IMG/VR virus record: IMGVR_UViG_3300046778_000343
Span: 1 to 34,773 of that record
Length of the DNA stretch: 34,773 nt
Origin: a virus
Taxonomy: Duplodnaviria > Caudoviricetes
Direction: 5' to 3' (one strand)
The notes under the pieces are model-generated. The model had not been told where the DNA came from, did not search any database, and worked only from the letters and a program-made list of their open reading frames with translations. Below are positions 27,020 through 34,773 of the stretch, piece by piece. Every line of letters begins with the position of its first letter. Position 1 is the first letter of the stretch. The translations under genes were made by a program, and so were the position numbers.

Positions 27020-27461
27020 TCAATCCTTTGTTTTGTCGGGTGCATGATATGGGAATACATCCATTATTGTGGTTTCTGACAAACCTGCTATCGAGTAGTC
27101 TGCCATTGTACCCTCCGCCTTGTTTAAGCACCGCAAGGGCGTTGTCAATGTCGGTAGCTTGCACTAACATGTTTGTCCTTGTTAGTTTTTCGGCACCCGT
27201 TTTCTCGTTCATGCCCACAAATTGGATTTTGGCTTTCCAAAATCGATCGCCATTTTCGTTAAAAAACAACTCGGCTATTTTTAGCCGCCGTACACTGGCA
27301 ATTGTAAATTCGCCACTGATATAGGGCTTCAGCTCTTCAATAGCTCGTGCCTCAGCCTCGGCATACGAAAGGGCATCAACCAAATACGGCACTGTTACTT
27401 TCTTTTGCATGCCATTTTCCATCGTTTTTTCATACGTCGCTTTTACTTCAAACCAATTCAT
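27020..27461 (-). pseudogene. DUF4494-like gene with frameshift near 27116
   Basis: N-part WFEVK..YEK....KKV...YLVDALSY.EAEAR; the family-type tail EGTMADYSIAGLSETTIMDVFPY lies in another frame ending TGA at 27020. Confidence 0.8.
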
Positions 27462-27481
27462 AATGTCAATATTTTAAATTA

Positions 27482-27661
27482 TCAATCTATTTTCTCGAAA
27501 ATCACATTTTTACCATCTAAACGGGTATTACCATCGCATGAAATATTATTGCAAGAAAACTCATTAAACACACATCTATTGCAACCACTTTCACACTCAA
27601 CAACTCTAAACTTTAAGTTTATTTCTTTTCCTATTTCTGTGTCTGAAAACAACATATCCAT
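27482..27661 (-). CDS. 59-aa Cys-rich phage protein (below ORF-track cutoff)
   Basis: MDMLFSDTEIGKEINLKFRVVECESGCNRCVFNEFSCNNISCDGNTRLDGKNVIFEKID; fills the operon gap exactly. Confidence 0.8.
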   Translation of the reverse strand: MDMLFSDTEIGKEINLKFRVVECESGCNRCVFNEFSCNNISCDGNTRLDGKNVIFEKID

Positions 27662-27672
27662 AATGTCAATAT

Positions 27673-28341
27673 TTATAGTCTGTTAAAACTTATTTCAACT
27701 TTACGCCATACCTCGCGTTCATCTTTGCGAGAAAAATAGAAGTTTGTAGCCGTACCCTCCACAATATTGGATTCCTTGAATAGTTGCATGATTGCACTAT
27801 ATTCGGCATCGTTAAAATCCGATTCCAATTGATATAATTTGCTGATAGACTTATAATCCAAATCTCCTTGCTGGTTACGCTCCAAAAGTGTCATTCCTAA
27901 CTGATACATCGGGTCGCTTGTGCCTTTTTCCGAGTCCTCAATCCATTTTTCCAAAAACTCCATTAAGCGACTGGCAGCTACATCGGCGCGCTCATCAAAC
28001 TTTTTAACCTTGTTTGTTTTTACCTCAATTCTGAAATCGGCCTCGCTTACTTGATAGCTCAATTGATTTTCACGGCGCAATTGTCCGTATTCTCTCATAA
28101 TGTCAAAAAAGGCGGATGATTCATCGGTTACAAACTGATGAAGTGCCAACACGTCGCCCTCCATGGCTAGAACTTTCTCACTAATTCGTTGCACATGGTC
28201 TTTTCTGATACCCTCATAGGCATCACGGCGTTTATTGTTTTTCTCTGTTTGCTCCTTTTGCAAACTAGCGAGCAAAGCCGTTTTTTGCTCCGATGTCAAT
28301 AATGACACATCAACTGGTAGTGCTTCTTTTTCTTGGTTCAT
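27673..28341 (-). CDS. DUF3164-like protein
   Basis: FDERADVA..RL..FL, LLERN..GDLD, F.....LFKES, YF.......W pattern of Bacteroidota transposable phages. Confidence 0.7.
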   Translation of the reverse strand: MNQEKEALPVDVSLLTSEQKTALLASLQKEQTEKNNKRRDAYEGIRKDHVQRISEKVLAMEGDVLALHQFVTDESSAFFDIMREYGQLRRENQLSYQVSEADFRIEVKTNKVKKFDERADVAASRLMEFLEKWIEDSEKGTSDPMYQLGMTLLERNQQGDLDYKSISKLYQLESDFNDAEYSAIMQLFKESNIVEGTATNFYFSRKDEREVWRKVEISFNRL

Positions 28342-28354
28342 AATTCTGTTTTTA

Positions 28355-28546
28355 TTAAATTATATAATCTGATTTTCCATAATTTCCCGAAACATGTTCG
28401 CCTTTCATATTTGCCAATTTGATATTTAAAGCATGATAAATACTTATGCACTTTGACCAAGCAGCCATTGGTATAGGATGTGCCAATACCCATTCTAGCT
28501 CATCAATTCGCTTTTCTACATCTGTTATTGTCAATTCCTTTTTCAT
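28355..28546 (-). CDS. Hypothetical protein
   Basis: 63-aa ORF coupled by ATGA overlap. Confidence 0.65.
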   Translation of the reverse strand: MKKELTITDVEKRIDELEWVLAHPIPMAAWSKCISIYHALNIKLANMKGEHVSGNYGKSDYII

Positions 28547-28983
28547 TCCAAAATCTTTTTAAATACACTATTGACCCATTCCTCGCCCTCAATACTCTCT
28601 ATTTTCTTGATGCCTGCAATTAGTTGCGATTCGGTAGCATGATTCAAGTTCCTAACCCCACCACATGCACGGCATGCCATTGTATAGGCTTTCTTTTTGT
28701 CATATTCTCGCTTTGCATGTTTACATATCTGACGGATAAGATAGAATAGCTTTTTGCGTTGTTTATCCATTCGTGTAGTCTCTTTGCTTGGTTGCTTGAT
28801 GCTTTCGTCCAATGCTTTGCATAAATGTTGCAATTCATCTACATGTAAGTCTTTGCTAGTATTCACACGATAGTTGTTTTCTAGTATCTCGCGTTTTTCC
28901 TCGTCTGTCATTCCAATTTTTCCGCACAAAGTGTGATACTTTTTGATGAGACCTGCTTTTTGTCTGTCAATTGTTGTTTTCAT
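28543..28983 (-). CDS. GemA/gp16-like (DUF1018-like) protein
   Basis: LIKKYH....KIGMTDEEKR..L...Y...TSKDL...EL..L pattern; ATG 28983 overlaps the methyltransferase stop. Confidence 0.7.
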   Translation of the reverse strand: MKTTIDRQKAGLIKKYHTLCGKIGMTDEEKREILENNYRVNTSKDLHVDELQHLCKALDESIKQPSKETTRMDKQRKKLFYLIRQICKHAKREYDKKKAYTMACRACGGVRNLNHATESQLIAGIKKIESIEGEEWVNSVFKKILE

Positions 28984-30038
28984 AACTTTTTGAGCCATTG
29001 GTTATAAATTCTACTTGCAACCTGGGCAACCATCACGGGAGGAACTGACATGCCAATTACATAATTGGTTGGATTGCCTCCAAAATCATAATCTTTCGGG
29101 TATGTCCCGGACTCACACAATTCGTCAAAATTTCGATAGCGTGGATAGTCAAATAATAAGGCGTTATCATTGGCCGTAACCGTATTGGACACTCTATCCA
29201 TGTACAAAAAGCGATAGTTAAATTGTGCATTCGGATTGCGTCCAAGTCGGGCACTACATGCCGCCATATCCAAATCTCCATGTATTTTCGCATCCCAAAG
29301 TTGTTTGTAATGGTCGGTCAATGGTCTATCTGTATAATCGTGGAATATCTCTCTAAATGGTATCTCTGGTTCGTCAAATTCGAGGTCGATTGTAGGTCGC
29401 TCGGTGAACATATCCACTTGCTCCAAAAATGGACCTGCCAAATCTTTTCTCAATCCGATAAAAAACACGCGCTCTCTTTTTTGAGGTACACCCATTTTTG
29501 AGGCATTGAGCAAAAAATGTTGTACATAGTAGCCTGCATTTTCTAATTCCTCATATACTTTTATCACATAGTCTATTGCAGGACCTTGCAACATTCCTTT
29601 CACATTCTCGGCAATCACAACTTTTGGTTGCAAGCGTTTTGCGAGGTCTATAAAATCGAAAAACAATGTATCAAGGACTTGTTCTTGCTGACCCTCACGA
29701 AACTTTTTCTTTTTGCCCCAATCTTTTTCTCTGTTACCACACATTGAGAATGTGCTGCATGGTGGCGAACCGTCCAATATATCAAGCTCGTAAAGCTCTT
29801 TTGGCAGGTCCTCCATATTCTTAAATTCTTGGATGGGAGCAAGAAACGGATATTTCGGATTATGATTTTTCATGTACACATCCATCATACGATGGTCAAT
29901 CTCATTGCATCCGATAACATCGAACCCTGCCAACTTATAACCCATCGTGCTACCGCCACCACATGCAAAGCATGAAAAAACTTTGCCTTTATCTTTTGTG
30001 AAAGTTGCATCTTTCAATTTCCAATCGTATTTGAACAT
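28980..30038 (-). CDS. Orphan DNA (cytosine-5) methyltransferase
   Basis: Motifs I FACGGG, IV GSPPC, VI ENV, VIII QKRERVF, X GMSVPP. Confidence 0.95.
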   Translation of the reverse strand: MFKYDWKLKDATFTKDKGKVFSCFACGGGSTMGYKLAGFDVIGCNEIDHRMMDVYMKNHNPKYPFLAPIQEFKNMEDLPKELYELDILDGSPPCSTFSMCGNREKDWGKKKKFREGQQEQVLDTLFFDFIDLAKRLQPKVVIAENVKGMLQGPAIDYVIKVYEELENAGYYVQHFLLNASKMGVPQKRERVFFIGLRKDLAGPFLEQVDMFTERPTIDLEFDEPEIPFREIFHDYTDRPLTDHYKQLWDAKIHGDLDMAACSARLGRNPNAQFNYRFLYMDRVSNTVTANDNALLFDYPRYRNFDELCESGTYPKDYDFGGNPTNYVIGMSVPPVMVAQVASRIYNQWLKKL

Positions 30039-30096
30039 CGTTTTTTTTTTTTTAATCGTTAATAGAAAATAAACTTAACAAATGGGTCTGTGACCC

Positions 30097-30741
30097 TTAT
30101 TTACTCTGACCTAACCAATATCTATCTGCATATTCCTTGTGTACATCTATGTACCCGTCACCCTCATATCTTGTTTCTATAAAAGCGCGCCGACCCTCCA
30201 CTCGGATTACTACATTGGCATCACGCATTATAAATTGGGCTACCTCGCCATCCATCTGACGACCTTTCACATGGCTTATGTATATGATTATCTTATTCTT
30301 GAATTTCTCTTTGAGGGCTTTGTATTCATCTTGTTTAATGTTTAGAAATTGAATAGAATCGACAAAAACAAACCCGGGCGATTTATGGGCTTCAAGCCTT
30401 GCCTCCATTTCCTCCAACGATTCTTTTTCCATCAATACTTTGCCTTTAACTTCTTTCATTCCTACTCGCTTGTAGGCTGTTTGCATAGATTTACTCAAGC
30501 CCTCCTCCACGGAATTGTAATACACACGGTCAAACTTTGTCAGATATTTGGCAAGCATCATACAAAAGGTAGTTTTCCCGTTCTTGGTCGGTCCCGATAT
30601 TATCCAAGTACCGGTTTTCTCTGGTCGTCCTATTGCTTTTAGCCACTCGCCGTCAAAATCCAGCTCGTTAAACTTTGCATTGAGAACTTCGGTAACAGAG
30701 AAAGCCCGCCTAACTTTTATTTTTGCTTTTTCCTCACTCAT
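30097..30741 (-). CDS. RecA/KaiC-like P-loop ATPase
   Basis: Walker A GPTKNGKT, YNSVEEG, Walker B FVFVDS. Confidence 0.85.
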   Translation of the reverse strand: MSEEKAKIKVRRAFSVTEVLNAKFNELDFDGEWLKAIGRPEKTGTWIISGPTKNGKTTFCMMLAKYLTKFDRVYYNSVEEGLSKSMQTAYKRVGMKEVKGKVLMEKESLEEMEARLEAHKSPGFVFVDSIQFLNIKQDEYKALKEKFKNKIIIYISHVKGRQMDGEVAQFIMRDANVVIRVEGRRAFIETRYEGDGYIDVHKEYADRYWLGQSK

Positions 30742-31658
30742 TTTGATAATTCCGTATAAATTCGTCTTAAACTTGGTGTGCCGTCATTCATGGTTCTTTT
30801 TCCTTTGCTAGTTTGCAGTTCGGTACTTTCACCCATGGTTTTGCGCAACAATTCTTTTACATTCGTGTCATCCTTTGCATTGGCTTTGATTATCATTGCA
30901 GCGGTCACCATCAAAGTATTTTGTTTTTCCTCGGATGTCTTTTGTGGCATTCCTCCATATTTTTTTCCGAATCGTGAAAATATTTCGGTATAGCCCACTT
31001 TCTTGCCCTCTATTGCTCGTATCATTTTGGCTTTTAGTCCATCAGCTCCAAGCATATAAAATGCACATTGATATTCCGTGCCATTGTAAAGAGCTTTTAT
31101 TTCTAAAAAAGCGTCATATTGCAGGTCGCCCGCTTCATCCAGTATGATTAAAGGTTTGTCTAGTGTTTTGAGATAATATATAAGGTCCTCATACACATCG
31201 GCATATTTCCCCGTGCTGTCAATCCCAAATTCTTTTGCTATGTATCTGATAAACTTTTGCTTACTCTTTACTTGGCTACAATCTACATATACCACGTTTT
31301 TATTGTTGGCGGCATAGTATTTCGCTGCAAATGTTTTTCCGATATCGCTAACATCACAGAATAAAGAGCAAACACTTTCTTTCTGACATTTAGCCATTTG
31401 GGCTGTTATATATTGAAATATAGGTGTGTCTGCTTTTTGCCAAACCCTACTTTTCGTCAAGTTGATACCGACACGGCGTGCCAATGTTACCCACTTGGTC
31501 TCATTCAATACTTTGTCTAAATCTCCTTTTTTGATGCGGTTATAGACACTTTTGTTGATTCCGAGGCTGATTGCATATTGAGTGTCGTTTCCTTGGAAAT
31601 TTACACGCTGGGCGAGCAATGCCGCCACTATTTCTTGTTTAATCTTATCAGTTATCAT
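30738..31658 (-). CDS. MuB-like transposition AAA ATPase
   Basis: N-terminal HTH, Walker A variant DVSDIGKT, Walker B LIILDEAG, EIFSR finger; follows the transposase. Confidence 0.88.
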   Translation of the reverse strand: MITDKIKQEIVAALLAQRVNFQGNDTQYAISLGINKSVYNRIKKGDLDKVLNETKWVTLARRVGINLTKSRVWQKADTPIFQYITAQMAKCQKESVCSLFCDVSDIGKTFAAKYYAANNKNVVYVDCSQVKSKQKFIRYIAKEFGIDSTGKYADVYEDLIYYLKTLDKPLIILDEAGDLQYDAFLEIKALYNGTEYQCAFYMLGADGLKAKMIRAIEGKKVGYTEIFSRFGKKYGGMPQKTSEEKQNTLMVTAAMIIKANAKDDTNVKELLRKTMGESTELQTSKGKRTMNDGTPSLRRIYTELSK

Positions 31659-31716
31659 GACTATATCGTTTTTTATTGTTATCAGATAGTTTGTTTAATA
31701 AATAGGTCTGCGACCT

Positions 31717-33723
31717 TTAAAGGTTTTCCACTGCCATTTTCGACCAATCAATATCCTCATGGTCCACATCTTCATAAAGTGGTGTATCTGTATATTCGGC
31801 TTGTTTTTCGGGGGTGGGTATATCTGCCAATTCTTGGCTCAATTCACTATCCATGCAACCGATTTGTGGTATATCTACTCTATTTTCTTTTATGAATTTA
31901 TCAAATGTCGATAGACGTTTGTTTTGATGTAGCATGCCCGCTTGGTCCTCCTCGGTACGTTCAATTGCATTTTCATTATAAGAAAACTCGGAACGGTTAA
32001 TTGCCTCACCTATATATGTATCTCCTTGGTAGATATATACATTAGCTATATTTCCGCTTTCCTCGGGCAACCAATATGCCACTACATTTCTGTTATTGGG
32101 TTTTAAGCGTTTTAGTGCATTAAAATCAACTAACTCAAAGGCTTCATTTGCACACATCACAAAGTCATTATTTCGTATGGATGTTTCAGTCTCATTGCCG
32201 ATGTGCTGATATAATGCCCAATGTTCTATTGGTTGTAGCTTTTTATTGACTTGGGTTAATAGAACATCTTTACGTGTCATGCCCGGATAGCGTTTTTGCA
32301 ATGGGTGCAATTCATTATTATGTTTTTCTATATCCGCTAGGTCATCGGCAACGATTGTTTGGGGTTGGTAGGTCGGTTCTATAAAATCGCCCGATACTTT
32401 ATTTCTAACTGAGCGCCAAGCCTCATGTTTTGCATACCAACGTCCACGGGTGTGCCCCTCTTTTTTTGCAGTACCGTATTTTAATGACTTGATCTTGTGT
32501 TCGGCTCGTTTTTCGGTCGGGCTTTGGCAAAAACGGACAAACGGGAACATATCATTTAACCAATCAATATCTTTCATCAAGTGGTTCTCAACTTCCAATT
32601 CGCCCGGCATGGGTAAGTTTAATTGTGTCAGTTCACAAAACATATTTCTAAATGCCTCATGCACTGTGTCAAGATTCGGCTTGCCCACGATATAAGCAGG
32701 GCGGAAATAATAACCCGAAACAACATCGACGGCAATATACTTCATCACCCAGCCACGAACGCTTTTACGGCTCAATGCCACGTCATCCATCGAAATTTTA
32801 GATAACGAAAAATTGCCCAATTTTCTATGTTGTTTCGGTCTGTGAGTGTTCACATAGTCAAAATTTCCGTTTCGGTCGGCGTACACGCTTGTATTGTTCA
32901 CTACATCTTTTAGGTAGTTCCAAATCGTGGCCTCGCTAACTTCAAGTGCTCGTCCTTTGTGTCTAAAATCTTCGGGACGGAATATCTCACCTGTTTTTTT
33001 ATCAAACAATTCTTTATCACCTGCCACCCATTCGAGATACAGCTCATGCACACGTCGTATAAATGGTTTGTCATTGGTCCGCCACAAAGCAAGAAAGAGC
33101 TTTGCCATAGACACCGATACCACTCGTGCATTGTCATTTCCCGTACGATTGTCTATTATTGCCATATAACCACCGTTTAAATAGTGTTTAAATAGCCTTT
33201 CAAGACTTCTTTTATTCTTATAGGCGGTACAAGCATATTCTTTGCCCGATGCCATTTCCAGCATCCAATCTTTGGCATGCGTCCAAAACTCACCCATATT
33301 AATGCGTCTGTTATTTCTTGCGCGCACTTCGGTTTGGCTTTCCAAACCCTTTTTTATAGCATTCAGCAACGAGGCTTTATTTACATATTCAGTCACTTTT
33401 TCGGGTTCCAAAGTGGTGCCATCGGGTTTTCTATATTTGGTTGTAAAATAGGTGCGTGCCTCGGTGTCTAGTGTAACCTCAAACAAAGAGTTACTTATTA
33501 TTTTGCTTTCATCGGGTTTGCCATAAAAAGCCTCAATAACACTTTTTCGTTCGGGACGTTTAATGCTGTTTACATCTATAAGAGTATTGCCATACCATGA
33601 GCGGCTAATTATTTCTAAATAACCACGTTTAGAGTCATTTTTGAATTGCGCCTCAGTCAGTCCAGCTCTTATCCAGTCATTGACTGTGATTGCCACCTTT
33701 CCATCTACTATTTGATATGCCAT
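31717..33723 (-). CDS. MuA-like DDE transposase
   Basis: ATG 33723 (MAYQ...), 668 aa; RNase H-like core ISMDD...AVDVVSGY...LEVEN...EKRAE; paired with the MuB-like gene. Confidence 0.88.
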   Translation of the reverse strand: MAYQIVDGKVAITVNDWIRAGLTEAQFKNDSKRGYLEIISRSWYGNTLIDVNSIKRPERKSVIEAFYGKPDESKIISNSLFEVTLDTEARTYFTTKYRKPDGTTLEPEKVTEYVNKASLLNAIKKGLESQTEVRARNNRRINMGEFWTHAKDWMLEMASGKEYACTAYKNKRSLERLFKHYLNGGYMAIIDNRTGNDNARVVSVSMAKLFLALWRTNDKPFIRRVHELYLEWVAGDKELFDKKTGEIFRPEDFRHKGRALEVSEATIWNYLKDVVNNTSVYADRNGNFDYVNTHRPKQHRKLGNFSLSKISMDDVALSRKSVRGWVMKYIAVDVVSGYYFRPAYIVGKPNLDTVHEAFRNMFCELTQLNLPMPGELEVENHLMKDIDWLNDMFPFVRFCQSPTEKRAEHKIKSLKYGTAKKEGHTRGRWYAKHEAWRSVRNKVSGDFIEPTYQPQTIVADDLADIEKHNNELHPLQKRYPGMTRKDVLLTQVNKKLQPIEHWALYQHIGNETETSIRNNDFVMCANEAFELVDFNALKRLKPNNRNVVAYWLPEESGNIANVYIYQGDTYIGEAINRSEFSYNENAIERTEEDQAGMLHQNKRLSTFDKFIKENRVDIPQIGCMDSELSQELADIPTPEKQAEYTDTPLYEDVDHEDIDWSKMAVENL

Positions 33724-33745
33724 TGTTATATTTATTTTGCTTTTT

Positions 33746-33808
33746 TGCTCCCATGTCAGAACTCGAACCGACTGCAAGGCCTCACATTACGTGCTTACCT
33801 TTTGGGAA
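33746..33808 (-). ncRNA. tRNA-like structured element upstream of transposase
   Basis: Acceptor-like stem TTCCCA/TGGGAG, T-arm GTCGG-TTCGAGTT-CTGAC, one internal irregular hairpin; lacks a canonical D arm and anticodon arm. Confidence 0.5.
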
Positions 33809-33814
33809 AATGAT

Positions 33815-33822
33815 TAACTTTG
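33815..33822 (+). promoter_or_regulatory. -7 promoter box for antisense moron gene
   Basis: TAACTTTG matches TAnnTTTG, 28 nt before ATG 33851. Confidence 0.6.
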
Positions 33823-33850
33823 AACTGTCTAATTTTTAAAATCAATCATT

Positions 33851-34060
33851 ATGGAAAAAATTATTACTGAAAAGTCTGATATGAGTGTTGGTGGTTGGGG
33901 TGCTAGTGAAGAAAAATCTTTTCTCATACCTTTTCCCGAAATTCAAAAACATCTTGACGAGGGTTGGAGAATCAAACAAATGTTCGTTAACCCTTATGGT
34001 GTCAATGGAACCAACAAAGCAACTGACCTTGTAATAACGGTTCATTTAGAGAGGCTTTAA
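33851..34060 (+). CDS. Small moron protein, antisense to early operon
   Basis: 69 aa, AT-rich leader, own -7 box; HLDEGWRI motif loosely DUF4177-like. Confidence 0.7.
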   Translation: MEKIITEKSDMSVGGWGASEEKSFLIPFPEIQKHLDEGWRIKQMFVNPYGVNGTNKATDLVITVHLERL

Positions 34061-34192
34061 ACCCACTGTTTTTATACAGTCCAATGTTACAGTCCATTTG
34101 TAAACAAGGATGCCTACGAATCTCACTTCAGTTATTATTATATCTTTTGTGCTACCTAAGTAGACATCCTTTCTTATAATTCCTTTTTTCAT
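34046..34192 (-). CDS. 48-aa hypothetical protein (below ORF-track cutoff)
   Basis: MKKGIIRKDVYLGSTKDIIITEVRFVGILVYKWTVTLDCIKTVGLKPL, starting 4 nt after the previous stop. Confidence 0.6.
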   Translation of the reverse strand: MKKGIIRKDVYLGSTKDIIITEVRFVGILVYKWTVTLDCIKTVGLKPL

Positions 34193-34196
34193 AATT

Positions 34197-34394
34197 TTAT
34201 TTATTTATCAGTTTATCAATCCGTTGTTCAAATCTTTCCATTTCCTTTTCTACCTCTTTTTTGTTTTTGTTTAGCAAATGAGAGGCAAAACCAAACCACC
34301 CGACAATGCAAAATGCAATTACTGGGTCATCTCCAGCGTAACAGAGTGGCACCCATGCAAAAAGCCAATTAATAATTATGAGTTTTACGTTCAT
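34197..34394 (-). CDS. Small two-helix membrane protein
   Basis: Two hydrophobic segments plus charged tail; ATGA coupling. Confidence 0.7.
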   Translation of the reverse strand: MNVKLIIINWLFAWVPLCYAGDDPVIAFCIVGWFGFASHLLNKNKKEVEKEMERFEQRIDKLINK

Positions 34395-34573
34395 AGCTCA
34401 GTTATTAAATCATTTACTTGTGATTCTGTCAATACCGCAGATGTCCTGCAACTCCCTATCAATCCCTCAAACAGATAGCCGTTTATTGTCTCATACTTAT
34501 ATACCACACGTTCAATAACATCACTACCTCGATAGGCATATTCTTTGTTTTTTATCAATTCATTTGCATTCAT
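34391..34573 (-). CDS. Hypothetical protein
   Basis: 60-aa ORF with ATGA overlaps on both sides. Confidence 0.7.
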   Translation of the reverse strand: MNANELIKNKEYAYRGSDVIERVVYKYETINGYLFEGLIGSCRTSAVLTESQVNDLITEL

Positions 34574-34773
34574 AAGGTTACTTTTGTTTCACGATTAATA
34601 ATTGCCAACAGATCCACGGCATCCGTCACAATTTTCACAGCCAACACAGAGTTGCGTTCTCGATTACCGGTTAGAATTTTGGTCACATAGTCGGCAGTAC
34701 AATTGTGTTTGCGAGCTATTGTGGACAATTTCAAGTCTCGAAGCTCATCCGTTGTAAAAATTTTTGTCTGCAT
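34570..34773 (-). CDS. Ner/Cro-like HTH regulator
   Basis: LSTIARKHNCTADYVTKILTG.R HTH at the head of the early operon. Confidence 0.7.
   Translation of the reverse strand: MQTKIFTTDELRDLKLSTIARKHNCTADYVTKILTGNRERNSVLAVKIVTDAVDLLAIINRETKVTL

Larger units (their letters stand above)
1929..34773 (-). mobile_element. Mu-like transposable prophage (contractile tail) of a Bacteroidota host; other end outside window
   Basis: DDE transposase plus MuB-like ATPase, GemA-like, DUF935-type portal, MuF, gp36-like adaptor, sheath/tube/baseplate; sharp junction inside a host gene; no tyrosine/serine integrase seen. Confidence 0.95.

Noticed and set aside
28980-30038. Complete restriction-modification system
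   Set aside because: Neighbours are an ATPase and a GemA-like gene; no endonuclease adjacent.
33746-33808. Functional tRNA gene
   Set aside because: About 63 nt, no canonical D arm or 7-nt anticodon loop, 8-nt T-loop; kept only as tRNA-like.

Overview
Positions 1-1928 are Bacteroidota host DNA: a tandem array (937-bp period) of paralogous lipoprotein genes, with the third copy cut at ~1928. The rest (~1929-34773) is a Mu-like transposable prophage with a contractile tail; its repressor end lies beyond the window. The minus-strand early operon encodes a Ner/Cro-like HTH, DDE transposase, MuB-like ATPase, second ATPase, orphan C5 methyltransferase, GemA-like, DUF3164-like, frameshifted DUF4494-like, HAD and small regulator proteins. 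A three-gene moron cassette follows. Two late operons diverge from 17897-18058: plus strand (terminase, adaptor, portal, MuF, tail completion) and minus strand (ClpP-type protease, capsid, sheath, tube, chaperone, tape measure, baseplate, embedded lysis cassette, SGNH-tipped receptor-binding protein). Most notable: (i) a portal gene joinable through an A12 tract to a MuF protein with a CdiA-like PD-(D/E)xK nuclease tip, followed not by an immunity ORF but by a convergent ~75-nt structured RNA with its own promoter and terminator; (ii) an exactly symmetric bidirectional late promoter; (iii) six TTTAAA-N5-TTTAAA sites; (iv) a covarying post-stop mini-hairpin; (v) a tRNA-like leader on the transposase. 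All family names come from recalled motifs and synteny; no database search was run.
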